A stretch of 51,324 nucleotides of DNA from positions 1 to 51,324 of the IMG/VR virus record IMGVR_UViG_3300033076_000403, one strand, 5' to 3'. The translations under genes and the position numbers were made by a program. Origin of the DNA: a virus (lineage: Duplodnaviria > Caudoviricetes). Below the pieces are notes generated by a model that saw nothing but the letters and a program-made list of their open reading frames with translations, was not told where the DNA came from and did not search any database. Each line of letters opens with the position of its first letter. Within the stretch, counting starts at the first letter, position 1. Positions 9,780 through 18,147 of the stretch are shown here, one piece after another.

Positions 9780-9942
9780 CTGGCGCAAGTTCAGAAAAGG
9801 GTACAGCTTTTTTGTACCCTGCATCGACGAAAGGGCTGCCAGAAAAGAAGTTGAGCGCGTGACCCGCCGACTGGGTATCGAAATAGCCACAAAAGTCGTG
9901 GTACAAGAAGGCATAAAAGGGCTGCGCGTTTGGCACGTCTAG
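9748..9942 (+). CDS. small hypothetical protein, possibly DNA-binding
   Basis: 64-aa basic ORF (INWRKFRKGYSFFVPC...GLRVW) overlapping the primase stop. Confidence 0.7.
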   Translation: MRIETVSYQINWRKFRKGYSFFVPCIDERAARKEVERVTRRLGIEIATKVVVQEGIKGLRVWHV

Positions 9943-9999
9943 GGTAAACTGAAGCCGTTGGTTCAGTTGCCAACATCTCTCTCCTCTGACCTCCCCCTT

Positions 10000-10027
10000 A
10001 CCCCGGCCAAGCGCCGGGGTCTTTTTA
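10000..10027 (+). terminator. rho-independent terminator at the convergence of replication and late genes
   Basis: ACCCCGGC-CAAGC-GCCGGGGT stem-loop followed by CTTTTTAT. Confidence 0.8.
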
Positions 10028-13000
10028 TCTGCGGCCCTCGATATCGAGGCGGCTGGAGGAAGGCTCGATGAGGTCCATGAGCTGTGGGTAGTATTTCTTG
10101 TCCATGTAGAAGCCACGGTCGGTCAGCACACGACGCTTGAGGTGGTTCTTGATGGACTCGCGCAGGGTGTCGCCCGTGATGGGGTCAAACGGGTTCTTGT
10201 AGTTGAACCGCTGGATGGAATCCATGATGGAATCCATGTCCTTGTCGCTACGGATTTCCACGTCCAAGCGGTTGAGCAGCTGCTTCTTCTCGTTCTTGAC
10301 CTGCAACATCAGTGCATTGGCCTTGAAGATTGCCTCACGCTGAGCAACCAAACCCTCGGTGGCAAAGCCCATACCTTGAGCAACGAGCTGTCCAAGCGTG
10401 TACTCGTCGGCTTCTTTGATGACTGCACCTGCTGCGGTAGTAGCACCCTCTTGAGAGTACCGGTACGCTGTAAGCGGCGTGCGAGCCATACCGGGGAGCA
10501 GCTGCTCCATGCCCTGCATGATCTTGCCCTGATTGAAGTAGTCCACGGCGCGGGGAATTTGGTTCGTGGTCAACGACACGAACGGCCCGCCGAGCGAGAG
10601 CAAATAGTCCTGCATCGTGGCTTGGGCAGTGGCCTGCTCCTTCATCTCGGGGAACCACATGTTGTTGAGCGACAAACTGCTGGAAATGTCATAGCCAGTC
10701 AGACCAGCAATGATGCCTCGGTCCATCAAGCTGGCGAGTGTGTGGTCACCAATTTTGACGTTGCCGAAAGTCTGAGGCAGCCAGATGTTGCGGAACCAGA
10801 ACTCCAAGTCGCGCTTTTCGATTGGGTCATCGTCGTCCTCATCGCGGAACAGATTGCGCAGGCCTTGAGCGATACCCATAGCGAAGCTGATACCGGGCAC
10901 GCCCATGTAGCCAGCCAGTGCAAACGAGGTTGTCAGCGAGCCAAAGAACTGAGTGGCTGCTTCCTTGCGCTCCTGCTTGGACATGTCCTTGGCCACCATG
11001 CGGTAGAAATTGCGCACGAAGTACGTGGTCACGAAGGCCGGGAACATCTTGAACTGCAGCACGGCACGGCCCATTGGCTTGTGCGCGTCCAACAACACTT
11101 GGCGCTCGGCAGTAGCACCCAGACCACGAGGGCGGTTCACAGATGCAAAGTTGCCCAATGCCGTGTAGGTTTCCTGCTCGGCGAGCTGTGCAATCTCTTC
11201 AAACGATTTGCTGGGGTACTTGATGCGGTTCAGACGGAACGACGACATGAACGTGATCTCACGAATCATGCGCTCCGAATGGTGGAACAACCCAGTCATC
11301 ACATCGGTCACAGCTTTACCTACTCGGCGAGCTGTGGATGCTTGCACATGTGTAGGAGTTTTGCGGCGGTTGCCCAAATCGTAGGCCAGCGTGGTTTCGC
11401 TAATACCTCGGTCGATCATGTATTGAGCTGCACGCTTTTCTTCGGCGTTGAGCTGCACATTCTTGGAGTCGGCCACGGTGGGGGCAGTCATTGTGCGAGT
11501 GCCGTCCTTGCCTTCTCGCATCACGCTGAAGTTGTTGAACACGTTCATGAAGCGGCCCATCTCCCGAGCCGTAGCCACAGTGCCGTGCTTAGATGCAAGG
11601 ACAGGAGCAGCAAACACAGGGATTGCCGACAGCTGAGCAACAGCAGTCTTGACTGTGGACATCAACCAAAGGAACGCCGACTTGTTGGCAATGTCTGCCA
11701 TAGCATGACCAAGCGGGCTGCCCGGATCGGGGTACGCTTCATTCTCAATGCGGAAGCGCATCTCGGTGGTGAACTCACCCAAGCGTGCCTCGTCGGGATT
11801 GCCAGCCAGAGCGTCTTTTGCCGCAGTGATTTCGTTGAGCATGGCAGGCGAGTATTTGATTCGCGCCAGCTGGTTAATCATGTTGGTCGAAGTCGTCGCA
11901 AAGTTGCGCGAAATGTCGTACGAGAAACCAGTCGTGCCCTTACGGTGAATGAACTGGCGACGGAAGTTGCGCTCGGGCAAGGTGTGCAGGTACAGCTGAT
12001 ACACATCGTCCTTCATCTTCTCAGGGTCGATGGTGGCGTACTGCTGCTTCTGGTTACCGAAGTCGTCGGTCACCGTGATGGGTTTGCCTGCTGCCTCCTC
12101 GATTGCCTCGAAGATGGACTTAATCAGTGCGCTCGTATCCTTAATATCTTTGCGTGCGTCTTGGATGTTGTCCCCGTCTTGCAGGTCCATGTCCTTACGC
12201 ATCTCTTCTTCGGTCCGAGTGTCTCCGGCAGCTTGCATCTCGCGCACGCGCTGGCGCAGGAACATGTTGCGCTCAACCTGAGATTCAAACATGTAGAACT
12301 CACGGCTCTTGCCCTTGCCGATACGCATCCAGTATTGGCCATAGCGCACCAACGGGAAGTACGGAGCACGGTATTCCGTGCCGTCGGCAGCTTTGATCTT
12401 TTCTGCGCCCTTCTCATACAACAGCTTGAGCTCGTTCATGAGCTTGCCTTTGGCGGTCTTGGGGTCGTTGGGCGTGCCGGGAATCTTGGACGCAGCCAAG
12501 TTGTCCATCAAAAGCTGGTGGTACTTGTCGTAGTTGGTCAAGAAATACTCACGCACTTCTTCGTAGAGCTTTTTGGAGTCATCGTCCAATTTGTTCCACA
12601 ACTGCGTCAGCGCTTTGCTCTTGGTGTCCTTGGACGGATCAATCTTGGCCAGCGTCGAGTAGTGCATCACGTTGCCGAGAGCACGGTATTGTTCAGGGCT
12701 GCGGGTGTACAAGTCGTGGAGCTTGTTGCTAATAGGTGCCGCTTCCGCAGTACCTGCAACGCGCATGCCGTTCATGTCTTTGACCAAATCCCAAGCCTTG
12801 CCAATGTGGTTGGCCCAGCCAGTAGCACCGGTTTTCTTGCCGATGTTCTTGACCCACTCAACCACAGTTTCCGTCTGCAGCGCAGGCAGCAGCTGACGCA
12901 ACGAGCCAGACTTCCAAGCATCCCAGTTTGCGCCGAGCACGTCGGCGAGCAGCGTGGAGTCACGAGTCTGCACCAGCTCTTGGATTGCTTCAAAGATGCC

Positions 13001-15949
13001 CGGCTGCTTGCGTGTACCGGCGAACGACTTTTCCAGCTTTTCGACGGTCTTATTTGTCTTAGCCACATTCTTTTTAGCCATCGCCGAGACTTCAGCATCG
13101 CCAGCGCCAGCACGCTCTTCCTTGACCTTCATCTGCATCAGCGGAGTCAGGCGTGAGGACAGCATCTTGTCCGTGATGTTGATAATGTCCGACAAAGCGT
13201 TGACCGTATCGGGGGCCATGCCAAAGAACTGACGCACTGCGTTCACAAAACGAGTGAACAACGACTGCTGCATGTGGCCCGGAGTCTGCATCAAGAACTT
13301 CTGGAAGTTCGGGTCCGACATGGCGTACGCCAAAAATTCTTTGGGGTCTTCAAAGATTTTGTCAAAGTCGATCAAGTCTTCCATGAAGAAAGGCAGTCGG
13401 CCCTCATCCATCAGCTGGTTCACGCGCTGACGGGTCAACTCCATCGTGCTTAGGAAGTCTTGCATTGCTCTGCCAATGTCAGAGCGGCGGTCAAAGCCAG
13501 TCTGCAAGGCGTCAATGCCCATCGTGATCTTTTGGTTCAGGGCAGCGTGCAGAGCTTCGTGCAAAACGGTGACGTTGTTGATACCTTGGCTGGGGCCACC
13601 ACTCATGCCGCGCACAAAGATGTGACGCTTGCCGGACGCAGTTTCGCGTAGGAACAAGCCACGAGCCAAATCCCAATCGCGCTCAGCACCGCCTTCACGG
13701 ATCACGTCTGGTACTGCTTCACCTTCTTCGATAACAGTAAACGTCACGTCCTTGACGAAAGGCATCAAGCGCTTGGCCAAAAACTTCTGAAACGCGTTGC
13801 CTGTTTGGATGACGTGGCGCAGTGCCTGCTGAGTGTTGCTGAACTTGTTGAAGCGCGTGTCGGCGCGACCGACTTTGACTTCGGTGGATGACTTGGATGT
13901 ACGCTGCATCCCTGCCTTGACGTCAGCGAGCTCTTTGGGCGTAATGCCTTCTGTAGCAAGCGCAGCGTTGATGGCTGCTTCTAATTTGGGTTTGCCACGA
14001 GCAAGTTTCTGCTGCTCCAACAGCGACTTGATGGCCTGAATCTTTTGAATACGACGAGACTCAACAGCTTCTTGGTACTGCTGAATGTCAGGAAAGTTAT
14101 CTGGGTCGAGCGGTGTGAGTGCTTCAGTAAGGGCAGTAGTTGCCTTTTGTACCTGTTGGTTGACTGCCTTCCAGAGCTTGGTGTTTTCCTTCTGCGCTTC
14201 GGCAGACTCAGCCTTTTTCTCAGGCGACAGCGGCTTGCGCCCACGGGTTTCAACCTTGGGCTCTTCCTCAACAACCTCACCGGGTTCCAGCCGAATTGGT
14301 TCGACCTGCTCAGCAACTACTTCGGTTGGTTGGGATTTAAGTTCTTCGCCAACAGCGCCAGCAGCAGGTTGTGCTTCAGGCTCAGCGGTAGCGGCAGTTG
14401 GTACAGCAGTTTCAGCAGCACCTTGGGCAAACGGGTCAACAATCTGTGGAGTGGCTGTTTCACTGGGGGCTCCTTCGGTCAGTGCACTCGGCTGTGGCTC
14501 TGCTCCGCCTTCAAGCGCTGCAACATCTGGTCCAGCAGATACCACTCCGCTTGGTTCAGCTCCTCCAACTCCTGCGGGGGCGGGCTCTGTATCGGGCTGT
14601 CCAGCCACTGTAGTGCCTTCTCCAACTGGGGCAACGTCAGGTCTTGTAGCATCTTCTGCTCCTTTCGCTTTCGCTTCGGCGTCCGCACTTAGTTCGGTCT
14701 CCTCATTGGCCATGTCCGTGGCAAGCGAGATAGCCATCTCACGAGCTGCAACCGGGTCTACGCCTTGAGATACAAGATGCGCGGCCTGTCCTTTGATGTA
14801 ATCAAAATCGAGCTCAACCCCAGCGGCGTCTTTCTCTGCCTGCGACAAGGGAGCTTCAATGACTTTGATTTCGTTGTCAGTAAGCTGACGTTCTGCCAGC
14901 ATAGCAAGTTTGTCTCGTGCAGCCTTGCCTTCAATCGCGCCGGTGGGTGCACCCAGACCAAACCCAGCAATACCTTCCAGCACACCTTGAGAGATGACAC
15001 CGCGCATGAGTGGGACGTCGTAGCCTTCACGACGAAGAGCCACGTTCTCAGAGAGCTGCTGTTGGGAACCTTCCAAAGCCTCGGTGCCAAACTCAACTGC
15101 ACCGGTGCGTGCACCTTGGCCGACCGCGCCACGCTTGGCAATGTCTTTGAGTTCTTGCTTGGCTACCGACTCGGCGGCAGCCTCAGTCGCTTCTACCGCA
15201 CCTTCTTTCTTCAAGATGCTGTTGGCGATGCCCTTGGCCGCAGTCTTTTCAAAGCCCGATGCAGCACCCAGCCCGCCGAGCGCCGCGCCAGCAAGAATCA
15301 TGTCAAGGTTTTTGCCGCCGTAGGACTGAGCAAGCTCAGCACGCTTTTCGATCTGCTCGGGCGGCATGTCGGTCTTTTGGAGTTCTTCCTTGACCGCGTC
15401 GTAAATCGTACCCTTGATGTTGCCAGCACCCATGCCTGCGCCGACACCGGCACCGATCAGACGGCCAGCCAAAGCGGACTCGCCGCCCAAAAGCGACGCA
15501 GCAACTACACCAGCTGAAGTACCCAGAGCGTTGGAGACGATGTCCACTGGAGCAACAGCGATAGCCTTGAGGCCTGCCTTCACTTGGTCAAGAACACCTT
15601 TGTCTTTGGCCTCATCCATGATGCGCTGGACTTCTTTGGCGTCCTGCTTGGACTGCGCACTGAACAGCTCACCGATGTAGTTCTCAGCGGTCTTAAGTGC
15701 CCCAGAGACAGGGTTGTTTGCGCCGAACACGTCGGCGAGCATGCGCACGCCAGCAATCGCACCTTGACCAACTTGGAGAGGGACGTCGGCTACCTGACGC
15801 AGAAAGGACTGGTCTTCGGGGCGCTCTTGCTTGGCAAACGGATCAACAATCTGCGGAGCCTTGACGGGCTCTTCCCTCGCAGCGAACGGATCGACGATTT
15901 CAGGGCGCGGCTGTTCTTCCTTAACTGCAAAGGGGTCGATGATCTGCAT
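10025..15949 (-). CDS. giant internal virion/DNA ejection protein (polyvalent-like, with HExxH zincin domain)
   Basis: 1974 aa at the end of the late region; Gly/Ala-rich hydrophobic N-region, Pro/Ala/Glu linker, VLHEALH...KEFLAY zincin motif, helical C-terminal region. Confidence 0.75.
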   Translation of the reverse strand: MQIIDPFAVKEEQPRPEIVDPFAAREEPVKAPQIVDPFAKQERPEDQSFLRQVADVPLQVGQGAIAGVRMLADVFGANNPVSGALKTAENYIGELFSAQSKQDAKEVQRIMDEAKDKGVLDQVKAGLKAIAVAPVDIVSNALGTSAGVVAASLLGGESALAGRLIGAGVGAGMGAGNIKGTIYDAVKEELQKTDMPPEQIEKRAELAQSYGGKNLDMILAGAALGGLGAASGFEKTAAKGIANSILKKEGAVEATEAAAESVAKQELKDIAKRGAVGQGARTGAVEFGTEALEGSQQQLSENVALRREGYDVPLMRGVISQGVLEGIAGFGLGAPTGAIEGKAARDKLAMLAERQLTDNEIKVIEAPLSQAEKDAAGVELDFDYIKGQAAHLVSQGVDPVAAREMAISLATDMANEETELSADAEAKAKGAEDATRPDVAPVGEGTTVAGQPDTEPAPAGVGGAEPSGVVSAGPDVAALEGGAEPQPSALTEGAPSETATPQIVDPFAQGAAETAVPTAATAEPEAQPAAGAVGEELKSQPTEVVAEQVEPIRLEPGEVVEEEPKVETRGRKPLSPEKKAESAEAQKENTKLWKAVNQQVQKATTALTEALTPLDPDNFPDIQQYQEAVESRRIQKIQAIKSLLEQQKLARGKPKLEAAINAALATEGITPKELADVKAGMQRTSKSSTEVKVGRADTRFNKFSNTQQALRHVIQTGNAFQKFLAKRLMPFVKDVTFTVIEEGEAVPDVIREGGAERDWDLARGLFLRETASGKRHIFVRGMSGGPSQGINNVTVLHEALHAALNQKITMGIDALQTGFDRRSDIGRAMQDFLSTMELTRQRVNQLMDEGRLPFFMEDLIDFDKIFEDPKEFLAYAMSDPNFQKFLMQTPGHMQQSLFTRFVNAVRQFFGMAPDTVNALSDIINITDKMLSSRLTPLMQMKVKEERAGAGDAEVSAMAKKNVAKTNKTVEKLEKSFAGTRKQPGIFEAIQELVQTRDSTLLADVLGANWDAWKSGSLRQLLPALQTETVVEWVKNIGKKTGATGWANHIGKAWDLVKDMNGMRVAGTAEAAPISNKLHDLYTRSPEQYRALGNVMHYSTLAKIDPSKDTKSKALTQLWNKLDDDSKKLYEEVREYFLTNYDKYHQLLMDNLAASKIPGTPNDPKTAKGKLMNELKLLYEKGAEKIKAADGTEYRAPYFPLVRYGQYWMRIGKGKSREFYMFESQVERNMFLRQRVREMQAAGDTRTEEEMRKDMDLQDGDNIQDARKDIKDTSALIKSIFEAIEEAAGKPITVTDDFGNQKQQYATIDPEKMKDDVYQLYLHTLPERNFRRQFIHRKGTTGFSYDISRNFATTSTNMINQLARIKYSPAMLNEITAAKDALAGNPDEARLGEFTTEMRFRIENEAYPDPGSPLGHAMADIANKSAFLWLMSTVKTAVAQLSAIPVFAAPVLASKHGTVATAREMGRFMNVFNNFSVMREGKDGTRTMTAPTVADSKNVQLNAEEKRAAQYMIDRGISETTLAYDLGNRRKTPTHVQASTARRVGKAVTDVMTGLFHHSERMIREITFMSSFRLNRIKYPSKSFEEIAQLAEQETYTALGNFASVNRPRGLGATAERQVLLDAHKPMGRAVLQFKMFPAFVTTYFVRNFYRMVAKDMSKQERKEAATQFFGSLTTSFALAGYMGVPGISFAMGIAQGLRNLFRDEDDDDPIEKRDLEFWFRNIWLPQTFGNVKIGDHTLASLMDRGIIAGLTGYDISSSLSLNNMWFPEMKEQATAQATMQDYLLSLGGPFVSLTTNQIPRAVDYFNQGKIMQGMEQLLPGMARTPLTAYRYSQEGATTAAGAVIKEADEYTLGQLVAQGMGFATEGLVAQREAIFKANALMLQVKNEKKQLLNRLDVEIRSDKDMDSIMDSIQRFNYKNPFDPITGDTLRESIKNHLKRRVLTDRGFYMDKKYYPQLMDLIEPSSSRLDIEGRR

Positions 15950-15960
15950 GTGCGGGCACC

Positions 15961-18138
15961 TTATTTACCATACGTACGGTTGTAGTATGCCGTCAAATCA
16001 GCATCAGAAACACCGGGGTTTGCCTTTCTTGCAGCCGGGAGGAATTGTTGCAGTGTGGGTGCGCTACCTTGTGGGGCAGCGGCGGGGGCAGCAGGAGCCG
16101 GAGCAGTTCTAGACTGCGTACCGAGCATCTCGTCAATCATTTCTTTTTCACGTGCCTGCATGCCTGCGGTGTCTTTGTTTTTCTTAGCTTCGCGCCATGC
16201 GGGGTCTTGCAGCTTTTTAGTCTCAACTGCGTCGGCGGCCTTGAGTCGCTGAGTAGCCGCACCTTGCTCCGCACGAACATCACCGGGGTAGCGGCCCAAG
16301 TCACTTGCTGCCTGCGCAGCGGCCTTGGCCATAGTCTTGGCGTTTGCGGGTTCCCCCGACTCAATCAGTGCGTTGTAGACGCGCTGAGTTTGTTTGTCCA
16401 AGTCGCTTGGGCGTGCTGCTGCCTCGCGTGTAGCCGCAGCAGAGATTTCATGTCCACGGATACCGCCGTAGATTTGAGCCATGTGCCCTGCGGCGGCTTG
16501 TGCGGCTTTCTGTGCCTCGAAGCTGTACTTCTCTTGCATGTCCTCGGCGGCCACAGCTTTGTCGGTGAGGCCATCTTTGCGTGCTTGACGAGCCTGAGCG
16601 CCAGCGATTTTGGCTTTCATCAGGTTGTCTTCTGCGGCAGACTTGGCGGCCTGTAGTTTGTCGGCACCCTCAGCGGCAGCACCAAACATACCGGCGTAAC
16701 GATCACCCGGATTCACACCAGACTTCTGCAACGCAGCAGCCATACGCAGCAACGTGGAGCCGAGGCCCATACGTTGAATGTCACCCATCTGGGCTTCGCG
16801 GCGCTGCACGTCCTCTTGAATGAGCGGGTCCACTTCACTTGTGCCGTAAATATCAGAGAGGCCGCTGATCTGTTTACGAACACCGGCAGCACGCTCTTCG
16901 GCAGTGCGTGGGGTGTATGGCTGCATGCTTTTCTCGCCGTACTCTTTGACCAAATCACCGGTGGCAAACGCCACGATGCCGCCGTCGGCGTAACCTTGGT
17001 CCATGTCGCTCGGGGCCGCAGCAGCAATACCGCGACGAATCGCGGCGTCCAAACTCATCTGCTCGTTGGCGTCCATTGCGGTTTGCTGGTCATTGCGAGC
17101 TACTGCATTGCGTTGGACTTCAGGCAGGCGGCGGGGGTCCGTGTGAGCCACTGCGTATTCTTTGAAACGATCATCAAACACGCTACCACCGTAGGCATAA
17201 GAGTCCACAGCGCCGCCCTTGGCGTACGAGCTGACCGTACCACCTTCTTTCCTGCCGTACCCCAGCAAGTTGGCAATACCGGCTGCGCCCAGACCAGTGG
17301 ACAACAAGTTCTGCGTTGTAGTCGGCGCGGCTTGATAGATCGACGAAGACTGCTGGGTCAAGGGCACACCACGGATGATGTCCGACATGAAGCCCATCTG
17401 CTTGTACGGGAAGTTCTGGTAGTTCAGGTAGTCCTGATACTGAGCGTTAAGAATGTCTTGTGCACGCTGCTGCTCTTGCTGACCCAGTTGATTCTGCAAG
17501 CCAATAATGTCTTTCTGCTGGCTGAGCTGCTGACCGCCCAGAGTGCCGAGCACACTTGCGGCTTGGACACCGGTTTGCGCACCTTGTAAGCGTTGCTGTT
17601 GCTCAGCGTTGTATTGTTGCTGCGCGTTCTGGAAAGCGTTCTGCAGCCCTTGCGCTTGGATGTTGCCGAGCTGGGTTTGGAGGTTGCGGTTAGCCTCGGC
17701 GCGTTGAATTGCATCACGTGCACCGCCAAAAGCCCCCGCCTGTACAGCTTGCGCCTGAGTGGTTTGGTTTTGAATTGCCGCCTGACGCTTAGCCTCTTGC
17801 TGCTGACGATTGACCACGTCCTGCATGAAGGGAGACATATAAGCACCCGCAGTGCCCGGCATCGTGAAGCTTGTCGGAGCCAAAGCACTCAAGCCAGAAG
17901 CGCCAGCCAACGTAGACCCAGCACCGATCTGACCAGCCACGTCCAAACCCTGCGCCGAACCCATCGCTTGCTGGGTCAGGGGCGACAGCTGAGCAACACG
18001 CTCACCGGTATATTGTTGGTACGGGTTCTTTGTAAGGTCCGTGAAAGTGGCAGCTTGCTTTACCAAGTCCTGCGCATACGGAGCGATCTCAGACGGAAAG
18101 CCTGACTGGTAAATATATTGGGTGGTTGGATCAGCCAT
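15961..18138 (-). CDS. internal virion/ejection protein
   Basis: 725 aa, Gln/Ala-rich; YMSPFMQDVV..AVQAGAFGGAR segment typical of podovirus injection proteins; YAKGG/YAYGG/YADGG repeats. Confidence 0.75.
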   Translation of the reverse strand: MADPTTQYIYQSGFPSEIAPYAQDLVKQAATFTDLTKNPYQQYTGERVAQLSPLTQQAMGSAQGLDVAGQIGAGSTLAGASGLSALAPTSFTMPGTAGAYMSPFMQDVVNRQQQEAKRQAAIQNQTTQAQAVQAGAFGGARDAIQRAEANRNLQTQLGNIQAQGLQNAFQNAQQQYNAEQQQRLQGAQTGVQAASVLGTLGGQQLSQQKDIIGLQNQLGQQEQQRAQDILNAQYQDYLNYQNFPYKQMGFMSDIIRGVPLTQQSSSIYQAAPTTTQNLLSTGLGAAGIANLLGYGRKEGGTVSSYAKGGAVDSYAYGGSVFDDRFKEYAVAHTDPRRLPEVQRNAVARNDQQTAMDANEQMSLDAAIRRGIAAAAPSDMDQGYADGGIVAFATGDLVKEYGEKSMQPYTPRTAEERAAGVRKQISGLSDIYGTSEVDPLIQEDVQRREAQMGDIQRMGLGSTLLRMAAALQKSGVNPGDRYAGMFGAAAEGADKLQAAKSAAEDNLMKAKIAGAQARQARKDGLTDKAVAAEDMQEKYSFEAQKAAQAAAGHMAQIYGGIRGHEISAAATREAAARPSDLDKQTQRVYNALIESGEPANAKTMAKAAAQAASDLGRYPGDVRAEQGAATQRLKAADAVETKKLQDPAWREAKKNKDTAGMQAREKEMIDEMLGTQSRTAPAPAAPAAAPQGSAPTLQQFLPAARKANPGVSDADLTAYYNRTYGK

Positions 18139-18147
18139 TTCGACTCC

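Noticed and set aside
10142-13156. 1004-aa plus-strand ORF
   Set aside because: Antisense shadow of the 1974-aa gene, expected from GC-rich codon bias; no motifs or RBS, and the His/Val/Leu-rich composition is typical of antisense frames
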